Source: Magnetococcales bacterium
GTDB lineage: Bacteria; Pseudomonadota; Magnetococcia; Magnetococcales; DC0425bin3
NCBI GenBank assembly: GCA_015228935.1
Contig: JADGCO010000004.1
Span: 12,084-76,083 of the forward strand
DNA length: 64,000 nt
Reading direction: 5' to 3'
The notes beneath the pieces were generated by a model. That model searched no databases. It was not told the DNA's origin and was given only the letters and a program-made list of their open reading frames with translations. Both the position numbers and the translations under genes were made by a program. Shown here piece by piece: positions 9,181 through 19,095 of the stretch. Numbering within the stretch: the stretch's first letter is position 1; every line of letters starts with the position of its first letter.

Positions 9181-10260
9181 ATGACCAGATTGATACCCAT
9201 TCAATCGACTGACTATTCAGCCCTGGCAGCGTTCTGTGCCTCCAAGCCCGAGAGAACGTTGGCTTTGGACCTATGGGAACGTCGATTTCGTTTTTGGTGG
9301 GACGAAAATCCGGCCTTCCAAACCGGTTGGGTGCGGGGCTGGATGCTCCAGGATGAAACAAGCATCGTGGGAGTGCTGGTCGATATTCCAAGCCATATTC
9401 AGCTTCTGGGTCAGATGGTCACGGTCAGCAACCTCTCCCTGTTGCGGATACTCCCTGAACATCAGCAGGAAAGCATCCGGCTCTTATCCGCCCTCCTCAC
9501 CGATACCAAGTCACGACCCGTATTCTGTACAACGACAACCCCGGAGTTGGCTTCTGTCCTGCGGGGATTCAGGTTTCGAAATCTGACCGAATATTTCATT
9601 GAACACCTGTTTGTGACCAATACGTCGTTTCTGGCCGGGCAGTTGATCCAGAAAAAAAAGTTGCCGCAGTTCCTGGCCTATCCGGCGGCAATGGTGACCC
9701 GTTTGTTCCAAAAAGTCTACGGCTGGATTGATTCATCAAGAACCGGGAACCTGCACGTTCGTCTCCTGCATGATGCAGGTCCAGAATTTGATCGTTTGTG
9801 GCAACGGACCGATCATCAATTCAGCTTTACCAATCTGCGCTCTGCTTCTGATCTGAACTGGATCCTGTGCAGCAACCCCGTCCATCATCTGGTCCTGTTT
9901 GGCTGTTACACGTGCGATGAAACCTTGATTGGCTACGGTCTCTTTGTGCATCTTTCAACGGAAAATCCGGAAAATACCGGGCGACTCCTTTGCCTGGATC
10001 TTTGGAGCGAATGGACATCGATCACCCCTTTTGTGGCCATGATTCGTGGGGCGATTCGCTACAGTGAAAAAAAGCGACTGTCCATGTTGATTGTTCCCGA
10101 ATATCACGAAATCATCGGTCGTGCTGTCGCGCAAAGTGGATTTTCCATACGCAGAATTTTTCCCGCCACTCTCTATTGCCGCCTGCCCAGGGGTGTTGCC
10201 CTTGGCATCAACAGCGAAGAAAGCCGATTGAGTGGTTATTTTGGTGACACTGTTCTTTGA
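9181..10260 (+). CDS. Hypothetical protein (possibly acyltransferase-like)
   Basis: 359 aa ORF with protein-like composition. There is no competing long ORF and I recognise no motif. Confidence 0.5.
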   Translation: MTRLIPIQSTDYSALAAFCASKPERTLALDLWERRFRFWWDENPAFQTGWVRGWMLQDETSIVGVLVDIPSHIQLLGQMVTVSNLSLLRILPEHQQESIRLLSALLTDTKSRPVFCTTTTPELASVLRGFRFRNLTEYFIEHLFVTNTSFLAGQLIQKKKLPQFLAYPAAMVTRLFQKVYGWIDSSRTGNLHVRLLHDAGPEFDRLWQRTDHQFSFTNLRSASDLNWILCSNPVHHLVLFGCYTCDETLIGYGLFVHLSTENPENTGRLLCLDLWSEWTSITPFVAMIRGAIRYSEKKRLSMLIVPEYHEIIGRAVAQSGFSIRRIFPATLYCRLPRGVALGINSEESRLSGYFGDTVL

Positions 10261-10476
10261 ACGGCACGCTTCGTGAACAGGATATTTTCACTCAAGATTT
10301 GGCACATGATGAATTTCATGATTCTTCCAATTTGCCCGACCCTGTCAGCCGACAGGGTGATCAAGGCCGGAGGCTGAATCTTCACAGTTCGGACTGCTGA
10401 TTTATTTTTGCAATCATGGCGATTTTCTATCAGTATCCATTTTTTGGAATCATTCAGAAGAGAGGAATCAACAGGC

Positions 10477-11298
10477 ATGAACGAATCTTCCCCGCCCAAC
10501 CTCAGTCCTGTACTCATGAAACAGTTAAATACGGAAACCGATCTGGATGTTCTCCTCGGGCGCATTTTGAAGCTGACGTTGGAGATTGCAGATGCGGATC
10601 GTGGCTCCATCCTCGTTCTGGATGAGAGTGGCTCGGTCAAACATCAGATTCTTGCCAGACCCGGGCAGACACCCGAATTTGCCACCTATAATGTCTTGAA
10701 AGTCATGAAAGATGGCCTGGGAGGATGGGTCTACGCCAATCGCCAACCGGCCCTGTTGCGGGATGTGACCCAGGATCCCCGTTGGGTGGTCCTGCCCCAG
10801 GATCAGTGGGAAACCGGTTCTGCCATGGCGGTACCGTTTTTTTTCCAGGAGCGGGTCAGTGCCATGATCTTTGCGCAACATGAAACCAAAGGGACTTTCG
10901 ATACCCCGCATCTGGAACGCCTCGTGCAAATGGCCGAACAAACTGCCAATTCCCTGGAAAAGGCGCGCATCATTTGCAAGGCCACGGCAGAAAAAAATGC
11001 TTACCGGCTCCTCCTGGAACAATCTGCCCAACCTCTCTTGATCATTGATGACAGCAACAAGATTGTTGTTCTGAGCCAGGCAGCCTTGCCCTACTTTGCC
11101 AGCAAACCAGGGACATCCTCTTCCATCGATAGCCTCCCTGAAGGCAAAGGTTTGCTCGATGCCATGCGCCTGTTTCGCAGCGAAGAGTCCCCGGGAGACA
11201 AAATGAAAATTCGTACCACCTGGCCCGGGCGTGCCAGCCTCAAAATGGCTGTGCGTGAACTCCAGCCACTCGGTATGGTCCTGACTTTTCTGGAATAA
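10477..11298 (+). CDS. GAF domain-containing protein
   Basis: DLDVLLGRILKLTLEIADADRGSILVLDESG...AMAVPFFFQERVSAMIF is GAF-like. I chose ATG 10477, which has an AGAGAGGAA ribosome-binding site. The ORF track starts at 10408. Confidence 0.7.
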   Translation: MNESSPPNLSPVLMKQLNTETDLDVLLGRILKLTLEIADADRGSILVLDESGSVKHQILARPGQTPEFATYNVLKVMKDGLGGWVYANRQPALLRDVTQDPRWVVLPQDQWETGSAMAVPFFFQERVSAMIFAQHETKGTFDTPHLERLVQMAEQTANSLEKARIICKATAEKNAYRLLLEQSAQPLLIIDDSNKIVVLSQAALPYFASKPGTSSSIDSLPEGKGLLDAMRLFRSEESPGDKMKIRTTWPGRASLKMAVRELQPLGMVLTFLE

Positions 11299-11338
11299 GT
11301 CCTGACTTTTCTGCAACAAAGGATTTCTCCTTGAACAT

Positions 11339-11370
11339 TTCCATATTTCGATTATTATTGAAATATGGAA
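11339..11370. promoter_or_regulatory. Probable ArsR operator: 11 bp perfect inverted repeat TTCCATATTTC-N10-GAAATATGGAA
   Basis: Read directly from the sequence. The right arm overlaps the arsR ATG (11365). ArsR/SmtB repressors are known to autoregulate through inverted repeats at their own promoter. Confidence 0.6.
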
Positions 11371-11697
11371 ACCGACTCTGTCATCGTAGCGCTGGCGGCT
11401 TTGGCTCAGGAGTCGCGTCTGGCCATTTTTCGGTGCCTGGTACAGGCCGGCCCCCCGGGCTTGCCGGCTGGAAAAATCGGCAAGGCAACGGGCATTTTGC
11501 CGTCATCGTTGACGTTTCATTTGAAGGAATTGTTGCATGCCAACATGGTCACGTCGCGACCACAGGGACGCTTTGTCATCTACGCGGCCAATTATGTGAC
11601 CATCAATGCCCTGGTTGCCTTTCTGACGGAAAATTGTTGTGGTGGCAATCCTTGTGGATTGGTTCCTCCTTCCGAGAACCCTCTTCCAAAGCCTTGA
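11365..11697 (+). CDS. arsR: ArsR/SmtB family metalloregulator
   Basis: 110 aa ORF. It has a winged HTH (ESRLAIFRCL...LTFHLKELLHANMV) and a C-terminal cysteine cluster ENCCGGNPCG. It sits first in an arsR-arsC-acr3 operon. Confidence 0.9.
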   Translation: METDSVIVALAALAQESRLAIFRCLVQAGPPGLPAGKIGKATGILPSSLTFHLKELLHANMVTSRPQGRFVIYAANYVTINALVAFLTENCCGGNPCGLVPPSENPLPKP

Positions 11698-11715
11698 GCG
11701 AGAGAACATCAACGC

Positions 11716-12228
11716 ATGAATGTCAAACCCTGCAATGTTCTGGTGTTGTGTACTGGCAATTCGGCCCGCAGCATCATGGCTGAAGCTCTCATCAACACCC
11801 TGGGAAAAGGCCGTTTTCAGGCCTACAGCGCGGGAAGTCACCCCACGGGTCGGGTCAACCCCTTTGCCGTGGAACAGGTGGCCCAATTGGGATATCCGAC
11901 GGATACGCTTCGCAGCAAGAGTTGGGACGAGTTTTCCCGCCCCGATGCACCGTCCATGGATGTGGTCATTACGGTGTGCGCGAATGCCGCCGGCGAGGTT
12001 TGTCCGGTCTGGCCGGGTGCCCCGATCTCGACCCACTGGGGTTTTGCCGATCCGGCGGCGGTCGAAGGAAGTGATGCGGATAAACGCCAAGCCTTCGCGA
12101 AAATATTTCATCATATCGAAAAACGGGTTCAGGTATTTGTTGCCCTGGGGTTGGACCTGCAAAACAAGGCAGTAACCAAACTGGCACTGGATCACATCGG
12201 GCACATTCCAGACGATACGGAAAGGTAA
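11716..12228 (+). CDS. arsC: Arsenate reductase, LMW-PTP type
   Basis: 170 aa ORF with the CX5R(S) P-loop [17 protein letters not shown] and operon context. Confidence 0.9.
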   Translation: MNVKPCNVLVLCTGNSARSIMAEALINTLGKGRFQAYSAGSHPTGRVNPFAVEQVAQLGYPTDTLRSKSWDEFSRPDAPSMDVVITVCANAAGEVCPVWPGAPISTHWGFADPAAVEGSDADKRQAFAKIFHHIEKRVQVFVALGLDLQNKAVTKLALDHIGHIPDDTER

Positions 12229-12234
12229 CAAATC

Positions 12235-13308
12235 GTGGGGTCTCCACATGAAAAAGGAGCAACCAGACCTGTCACGGAAACTCCCATTCATTTTTTTGAA
12301 CGCTTCCTGACCCTGTGGGTCTGTCTTTGCATTGGGGTAGGCACGGCCCTTGGCAAGGGGTTTCCTGGCCTGTTTCAGTTCATTGGTCGGTTGGAATTTG
12401 CCCAGGTCAATATTCCGGTGGGCGTGTTGATCTGGGTGATGGTCATACCCATGCTGGTCAGGATTGACTTTGGTGCGCTGCATCAGGTGCGGTCACATTG
12501 GCGAGGCGTCGGTGTCACCCTGTTGGTCAACTGGCTGATCAAACCGTTTTCCATGGCCCTGTTGGGCTGGATATTCGTGCGCCACGTGTTTGCTCCCCAT
12601 CTGCCTGCCGGGCAACTGGACAGCTATATTGCCGGTTTGATCCTGCTGGCGGCAGCCCCCTGTACGGCCATGGTCTTTGTCTGGAGCCGGCTCAGCCATG
12701 GCGATCCCTATTTTACGCTGACCCAGGTTGTTCTCAACGACACGATCATGATCTTCGCCTTTGCCCCGTTGGTGGGTTATTTGTTGGGCATGTCGGCCAT
12801 CGTAGTACCATGGCAAACCCTGTTCATGTCGGTGGTGATCTACATTGTCATACCCGTCATTCTGGCTCAAATCATGCGGAAATGGTGGCTGAACAAAGGT
12901 GAGTCAACCCTGGAGTCGGCCCTGAAGAACATGGGACCATGGTCGGTCGGGGCATTGCTCACCACCCTCGTGCTGCTTTTTGCATTTCAGGGACCTGCCA
13001 TTCTGAAACAGCCCCTGATCATGGCCATGCTGGCCGTGCCGATCCTGATCCAGGTGTTTTTCAATTCGGCCCTGGCCTATTGGCTTAACCGGCTGGTGGG
13101 CGAAAAACATGCCGTGGCCTGTCCCTCGGCCCTCATCGGAGCCAGCAATTTTTTTGAGTTGGCAGTGGCCACAGCCATCACGCTGTTCGGGTTCGATTCG
13201 GGTGCTGCTCTGGCCACAGTTGTGGGCGTTCTGATCGAGGTTCCGGTGATGCTTGGTGTGGTCCGGGTGGTCAATGGCACCCGTCCCTGGTACGAAGGCC
13301 GGACTTGA
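12235..13308 (+). CDS. acr3: ACR3-family arsenite efflux permease
   Basis: 357 aa polytopic membrane ORF with FFERFLTLWVCLCIGVGTALG...VLIWVMVIPMLVRIDF. GTG start. Confidence 0.9.
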   Translation: MGSPHEKGATRPVTETPIHFFERFLTLWVCLCIGVGTALGKGFPGLFQFIGRLEFAQVNIPVGVLIWVMVIPMLVRIDFGALHQVRSHWRGVGVTLLVNWLIKPFSMALLGWIFVRHVFAPHLPAGQLDSYIAGLILLAAAPCTAMVFVWSRLSHGDPYFTLTQVVLNDTIMIFAFAPLVGYLLGMSAIVVPWQTLFMSVVIYIVIPVILAQIMRKWWLNKGESTLESALKNMGPWSVGALLTTLVLLFAFQGPAILKQPLIMAMLAVPILIQVFFNSALAYWLNRLVGEKHAVACPSALIGASNFFELAVATAITLFGFDSGAALATVVGVLIEVPVMLGVVRVVNGTRPWYEGRT

Positions 13309-13440
13309 TCCAGATCAAACGGGGTTCATTTTCCGAGGGCATCCGGGTATCATGCATGGGTGAAGGGTTTGTCCGTGTGTTGGCACGTTTCAGACCCCTG
13401 TTTTCCGGAACAATCCTGCCCCCTCCCCGGGAGCAATTCA

Positions 13441-16400
13441 ATGAATCTCTCCTTGCCTCTGTCACTGCGGACCATTGTTCCGTTATTGTTGTTATTGTTT
13501 ACACTTTGTACGGCCGTCATTGCCATTTTATGGGAATACCATGACACCCGACGCCTGGCCCGACAAGAGGCGAGGGGAGTCTTTCAGGTATACCTGGCCC
13601 AAATGGCGCATTCGATTGAATATGAATGGAATCGTTCCCCGGATCTTCTCCTGGACAAGAACGTTATAAAACGAATCCGTGACCATGTCCGGTTTGAGGC
13701 GTCACATCAGGATGTCACACACGTTCTGGTCGTGGGTCCTGATGATTTGGTTCTGGCAAGTTCGCAGCCCGAAGAAGTGGGGCAGCCAGTCGCCTCGCTT
13801 TCCCTCAAACATCGCCAATCTCTGCAAAAAATTCTGGAACAATCCTCTCCCGGTTTTGGACCCGAAGATGAAGGATTCGTCATGGCCGAGGAGTTTGCCG
13901 CCGGCTATCACCGGCTCTGGGTTACCAGTCAGGAGGGAAAGTCCGACTCCAAAAAATTGGCAACGGTCTGGATGACCTTCGATCTGCAACGCATGGCAGC
14001 CATGAGTCAACAACAGGCATGGCATAAAACTTTGATTTTTTTTGGCTCATTCTTTCCTCTGGCTGTCGGATTCGGCATCTTGTTTCACTGGCATGTGACC
14101 CGACGTGTGGAGTTGCTGGTCAGGGCCGCCGCCGATCTGGCCGCCGGAAATCTGGCAACCCGGATCCATATCCAGGGAAACGATGAACTGTCACAGGTTG
14201 CCCATGCCTTCAACAGCATGGCTGGTGAGATACAAAACGCCCATCAACTGTTGGCAAGCCGGGTCCACGAACGAACCCGGGAACTGGAAGAATCCCGCCA
14301 GACCTTGCGCCAGATTCTCGATACCATTCCCGTGGGCGTATTCTGGAAAGATACGCATGGTCGTTATCTTGGCTGTAATCAACGCTTTGCCGCAGATGGA
14401 AGTCTGGACCATCCGGCGTCCATCATCGGGTGCAGTGATCTCGAAATGCCCTGGCGCGAGGATGCCGCACAATACCGTCTGGAAGACATCGAAGTCATCG
14501 AACACGGACAGCCCAAACTGGATTATGAAGTCAAACTGGTCTCTCCAGGCCATGGTGAACGCTGGCTGCGAACCAGCAAGATGCCGTTTCTCTCTGCCAC
14601 GGGACAAATCATCGGTATTCTTGGTGTCCACAAGGACATCACCGATATCAAGCAGGCCCAACAGGCGCTCCTGGAAGCCAACCGGAAAAATCAATTGGTT
14701 CTCGAAGCCGTGGCCGTCGGCATCTGTGGTTTGGACGCTAACGGAGTGGCAACCTTCATTAATCCGGTTGGCATGGCCATGATTGGCTTGGTCCGCGATC
14801 AGATCATTGGCCGCTCTTTTCACGAGTGGAGTGGTGTGTCATTGCCCCGCTCCATCGACAACCAGAACCAGATGCAACATGACAAGGAAAATTTCCGGGA
14901 TTGTCCTGTTTGCGCCACATTGCACGATGGGAAAACCCGTACTGTACCCCTGGTTTATTTTCGCACCCGGGATGGCCACAAGACCCCAGTCAATCTCGTG
15001 GTCAGTCCGGCCCTGGTGGATGGGGTTCCGCAGGGAGCTGTCGTCGTGTTTCAGGACATCACCCAACAGATGGATGCAGAAGCAAATTTGCGTAAGCTTT
15101 TCATTGCCGTCGAACAAAGTTCAAGCGTGGTCATGATCACCGATATCAGGGGCCACCTCGAATATGTCAATCCCAAATTTTGTCAGGTTACCGGATATTC
15201 CTCGGATGAAGTCATGGGACGCAATCCCCGTTTTCTTGCCTCCAGGGAAAAATCTCCTGCCGATTATGCGGCTCTCTGGCAAACCATTCTGAATGGCGAA
15301 ACCTGGCGGGGTGAGTTTCGTAACCGAAAGAAAGACGGGACATTTTTTTGGGAATCGGCATCCATTTCTCCCATTCTGGACGGGGACGGACAAATCACGC
15401 ATTTTTTGGCGATCAAGGAGGATGTCACCGAGCAACGCAAGGTGGAACGGTCCCTCCTGGAAAACGAAGCACGTCTGAATTCCACTCTGGAAGCCATCGA
15501 TGAGGGGGTCTGGGATTGGAATGTGCAGACCGGGATCGTTCACTTCAGTCCACGCTGGGCCAGAATGTTTGGTTATGAACCGGATGAAATTCATCCCAAT
15601 CTGGCCACTTGGCACAACCTGATCCATCCGGAAGATCTGCCGCAATTCACCAAGGCCGTCAACGACCATTTTCAGGGATATGTCGGAAGCTTTGTCTCGG
15701 AACATCGCATGCGACATCGTGAGGGGCATTGGTTATGGATCCTGGACCGGGGCAAGGTTATCGAACGGGATGGACGCGGTGCCCCATTGCGCATGGTGGG
15801 CGCTGACCTGGATATGACGCCCCGCAAGGTGATGGAAGAACGTCTGGTACAGGCCAAACGCGAAGCCGAGAGAGCCAATCAGGCCAAATCGGAATTTTTG
15901 GCCAATATGAGCCATGAAATTCGTACCCCATTGAACGCGATCATCAATCTCAGCTATCTGGTTGCCCAGGGAGAGCTGCCGCCCGTCCAACGTGATTATC
16001 TCAAACGGGTTCAGGAGGCAGGACGGGCGTTATTGAGCATTCTCAACGATATTTTGGATCTTTCGAAGATCGATGCCGGCCAAATGACCCTGGACAATAT
16101 TCCCTTTCAGATGGATGACGTTCTGACCCATCTGGCTGCCATGATCAATTCAACCAACTCCCATGGTCTGGATATTATTTTCCGGGTCCATCCTGCCATC
16201 CCCCCGGAACTGCATGGCGATCCACAACGTCTGGGTCAGGTGCTTGGGAATCTGGTTGGAAATGCCCTGAAATTCACCGAAAAAGGGTACATTCTCATCG
16301 TCATGGAACCAGGCCGTAGCACCAGGGATCGCATGGCGATTCGTTTTGCCATCACGGACACGGGTATCGGCATTTCACCAGAAGAGCGTTCCTGGATTTT

Positions 16401-17679
16401 CAGCACTTTTTCCCAGGGAGACAACTCGCGCAGCCGCCGCTTCAGTGGTGTCGGTCTCGGTTTGGGAATCAGCGAGCGTCTGGTACGCATGATGGGGGGG
16501 GAGATTCAACTGGAAAGTCACCCCGGTCAAGGCAGTACATTCCAGTTTACAGCCTGGTTCGATTTGAAAGAATCAGCCCAGTCTCTCACCCACTTGGCAC
16601 GTCTTTCCGCTCTGCGTCGGCAACGGATCCTGGTGATCGAGGAAAATTCCCTGGCCCGGGAAACCATGGTCAACTTGTTGAAATACCATGGTATGGAAAC
16701 GACAGCCCTTTCTGCCAACCCGACTGAGTTGTCCCAACTGGAGCATCGTGCCCTAACTGAAAACACATCCCCCTTCGACATTCTCCTTGTGGACATGGAC
16801 CAGTCGTCCACCGATGGCTTTGAGACTGCCCGACGCATACGCAACCTGCCTGCACAAAATCATCTTATTGTTCTATTTATGGTTTCTTCACGAAATCGAG
16901 ACAGGATCCAGAAAATTCTCGATCAGAAGGAACCGTGCGGATTGGTGTTCAAACCAGTCATTTCCGGAACACTTCTCAACAGCATGCTTGATCTTCTGGA
17001 CCTGAATCTGCACCAGACAACACCCCGCATGACCACCCAAGTTATCGAAGAAGGCCAAGATTGGTACCTGCCCGGGATCGACATCCAGACCGGATTGGGT
17101 CTGGCAGGAGGTGATGTCAACCAGTTTCGCCAGACATTGAACGGGTTTCGGGATCGCCATGCCCAGTTCATGGAAATCCTTCACCAGGAGTGGGATAAAA
17201 AATCCCTGGACCAGGTCCGTCACCGACTTCAATTCATGAAAGGCGTGGCAGGTACAATCGGGGCGATGCCCCTCCTGTTGGCCATCAATTCCCTGGAAGA
17301 GAGCCTGAATCAACCCGAACAAGGTCCTCGCGAATTGGCCATGGCCATTTTCGATGCCAGATTCCAAGAACTCATGACCGGATTGCGCTCCGGGCTTTCT
17401 TCCTTGGTGGAAGTGGAGAATTTCCTGGATAATGCTCCGGGGCAGATGCCACCCTTGGCCAAGAATCACATTCTGGAATTGGTACAGGATCTGCTCGCCA
17501 ACCTTGATCTGGATGTGACCAAATCTCTGGAACTTTCTGAACAACTGGTCACCCTCTTCAAGGGAACAAAACTTGAAAAAACAGGACATCAGATCAATAT
17601 GGAACTGTCCCAGTTCGAAACAGATGCGGCCCGAACACTGCTCCAGGGAATCGTTGAACAATTGGAACGTTCGGGGTAA
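13441..17679 (+). CDS. Multi-PAS hybrid sensor histidine kinase (TM-HAMP-PAS x3-4-HisKA-HATPase_c-REC-Hpt)
   Basis: H-box MSHEIRTPLNAI, N-box GNALKFTEKG, G1 DTGIGI, G2 GVGLGLGISE, receiver ILVIEENS...LLVDMDQSSTDGFE and Hpt-like HRLQFMKGVAGTIGA. I chose ATG 13441 (MNLSLPLSL, signal/TM-like). The ORF track starts at 13360. Confidence 0.9.
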   Translation: MNLSLPLSLRTIVPLLLLLFTLCTAVIAILWEYHDTRRLARQEARGVFQVYLAQMAHSIEYEWNRSPDLLLDKNVIKRIRDHVRFEASHQDVTHVLVVGPDDLVLASSQPEEVGQPVASLSLKHRQSLQKILEQSSPGFGPEDEGFVMAEEFAAGYHRLWVTSQEGKSDSKKLATVWMTFDLQRMAAMSQQQAWHKTLIFFGSFFPLAVGFGILFHWHVTRRVELLVRAAADLAAGNLATRIHIQGNDELSQVAHAFNSMAGEIQNAHQLLASRVHERTRELEESRQTLRQILDTIPVGVFWKDTHGRYLGCNQRFAADGSLDHPASIIGCSDLEMPWREDAAQYRLEDIEVIEHGQPKLDYEVKLVSPGHGERWLRTSKMPFLSATGQIIGILGVHKDITDIKQAQQALLEANRKNQLVLEAVAVGICGLDANGVATFINPVGMAMIGLVRDQIIGRSFHEWSGVSLPRSIDNQNQMQHDKENFRDCPVCATLHDGKTRTVPLVYFRTRDGHKTPVNLVVSPALVDGVPQGAVVVFQDITQQMDAEANLRKLFIAVEQSSSVVMITDIRGHLEYVNPKFCQVTGYSSDEVMGRNPRFLASREKSPADYAALWQTILNGETWRGEFRNRKKDGTFFWESASISPILDGDGQITHFLAIKEDVTEQRKVERSLLENEARLNSTLEAIDEGVWDWNVQTGIVHFSPRWARMFGYEPDEIHPNLATWHNLIHPEDLPQFTKAVNDHFQGYVGSFVSEHRMRHREGHWLWILDRGKVIERDGRGAPLRMVGADLDMTPRKVMEERLVQAKREAERANQAKSEFLANMSHEIRTPLNAIINLSYLVAQGELPPVQRDYLKRVQEAGRALLSILNDILDLSKIDAGQMTLDNIPFQMDDVLTHLAAMINSTNSHGLDIIFRVHPAIPPELHGDPQRLGQVLGNLVGNALKFTEKGYILIVMEPGRSTRDRMAIRFAITDTGIGISPEERSWIFSTFSQGDNSRSRRFSGVGLGLGISERLVRMMGGEIQLESHPGQGSTFQFTAWFDLKESAQSLTHLARLSALRRQRILVIEENSLARETMVNLLKYHGMETTALSANPTELSQLEHRALTENTSPFDILLVDMDQSSTDGFETARRIRNLPAQNHLIVLFMVSSRNRDRIQKILDQKEPCGLVFKPVISGTLLNSMLDLLDLNLHQTTPRMTTQVIEEGQDWYLPGIDIQTGLGLAGGDVNQFRQTLNGFRDRHAQFMEILHQEWDKKSLDQVRHRLQFMKGVAGTIGAMPLLLAINSLEESLNQPEQGPRELAMAIFDARFQELMTGLRSGLSSLVEVENFLDNAPGQMPPLAKNHILELVQDLLANLDLDVTKSLELSEQLVTLFKGTKLEKTGHQINMELSQFETDAARTLLQGIVEQLERSG

Positions 17680-17832
17680 CTATTCAGAACCCTTGCAAAA
17701 AAAGGATTTGATATGAAAGATTTTGTTGGGGCTCCGCCCCAAACCCCGCCAGGAGGAAGGGCACAGCCCTTCCTCCTGGGCCTCCTTACCAGTTTTTCGA
17801 ACGTTTTTTAATGGGAAGATCTGAATAGTTAC
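17676..17832 (+). repeat. MITE-like intergenic repeat, copy C (reference copy; perfect 13 bp terminal inverted repeats)
   Basis: GTAACTATTCAGA (17676-17688) and TCTGAATAGTTAC (17820-17832) are exact reverse complements. The internal 14 bp-stem hairpin CCAGGAGGAAGGGC-ACA-GCCCTTCCTCCTGG is at 17749-17779, and a second small hairpin is GGGGC-TCC-GCCCC. The left end overlaps the TAA stop of the kinase gene. Confidence 0.8.
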
Positions 17833-17858
17833 GTGCATATTTGGACAAGGTGCTGCGC

Positions 17859-18986
17859 ATGGAAAAACCGAGAATTCTCGTGGTGGACGATGTCGTCGAT
17901 AATTTGCGCATTCTGACTATCCTTTTGCAAAACGACTATATCGTCATGGCCGCCAAGAACGGAAAAAAAGCCCTGGATCTGGCGCATGCCCACCCGCAAC
18001 CAGACCTGATCCTGCTGGATGTCATGATGCCCGGCATGGATGGTTTCGAAGTCTGTCGGCGCTTGAAGGAAGATCCCCTGACCCGTGAAATTCCCGTTAT
18101 TTTTGTCACCGCCCTGGATGAAGAAAAAGACGAAACATACGGGTTCAAGGTGGGTGGGGTCGATTACATTTCCAAACCCTACCGTCCACCGATCATCCGG
18201 GCACGAGTCCAGACCCAGATATCCCTGCAATCCGCCATAACCCGTCTGCGGACACAAAAAGAGTTGCTCGCTTTTGAACGCAGCATGGTTGAAAATATTA
18301 TTCTCAAGATGCGGACTTCTCTTTCCCAGGTGAATGAACCCGGGATCCGTTCGCTCGAAACTCCCGTGGAAAAAACGACCGGCGATATTTTACTGGCAGA
18401 ACGTCGTGACGATGGTATCATGCACGTTTTTCTGGGCGACTTTACTGGGCATGGACTTTCAGCGGCTGTCGGTGGTCCCCTGGTGGTGGATATTTTCCAT
18501 GCCATGACTGCCAAGAAATTTCCCATGGAAGAGATTCTTTTGGAAATCAACAAGAAACTCTATGCCAAGCTTCCCCAACACGTTTTTCTGGCGGCCATTT
18601 TCATCGAATTGTCCAAGGATTTTCGTCAACTTCGGGTTTGGAACGGAGGCATGCCATCCCTGTTGCTTTTCCGCCAGAATGACGTGGTTGAAGAAATATC
18701 ACCCAAATATCTCCCCCTGGGCGTCCTGCCGGAAATTGAAACTTCACAGGTCATTCAATCTGCAACCTTGCTTCCTCATGAACGTGTGGTGGCTTTTTCC
18801 GACGGAATCATTGAAGTGATGAACGCCGAAGGACACATGTTTGGGTCGGAACGTCTTGTTGTGACTCTGCAACAGATTTATGCCAACGGCGAACCCTTGA
18901 CACGCCTGGAAGAACATTTGAAAAATTTTCGCAAGAATACCCCACAGGCAGATGACATCACCATGATTGAACTGCAATCTTCCTGA
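17859..18986 (+). CDS. Response regulator fused to a PP2C/SpoIIE-type phosphatase
   Basis: Receiver ILVVDDVVDNL...DLILLDVMMPGMDGFEVCRRLK...DYISKP. PP2C-like GDILLAERR...FLGDFTGHGLSAAVG...FSDGIIEV...DDITMIEL. Confidence 0.85.
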   Translation: MEKPRILVVDDVVDNLRILTILLQNDYIVMAAKNGKKALDLAHAHPQPDLILLDVMMPGMDGFEVCRRLKEDPLTREIPVIFVTALDEEKDETYGFKVGGVDYISKPYRPPIIRARVQTQISLQSAITRLRTQKELLAFERSMVENIILKMRTSLSQVNEPGIRSLETPVEKTTGDILLAERRDDGIMHVFLGDFTGHGLSAAVGGPLVVDIFHAMTAKKFPMEEILLEINKKLYAKLPQHVFLAAIFIELSKDFRQLRVWNGGMPSLLLFRQNDVVEEISPKYLPLGVLPEIETSQVIQSATLLPHERVVAFSDGIIEVMNAEGHMFGSERLVVTLQQIYANGEPLTRLEEHLKNFRKNTPQADDITMIELQSS

Positions 18987-19095
18987 CGTGTTTTACCAGT
19001 GTTATGGGCATGTTTTAACCTATTTTATGGCTGTTTTTGTAATTTGTTGTTATTGATTCAGAACTTTGTCAATCGGAAAATTCGGGGAATGTTTG

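Noticed and set aside
10525-12483. Reverse ORFs 10525-11319 (264 aa) and 11503-12483 (326 aa)
   Set aside because: They are antisense to the GAF protein and to arsR/arsC/acr3. Their translations are low-complexity.
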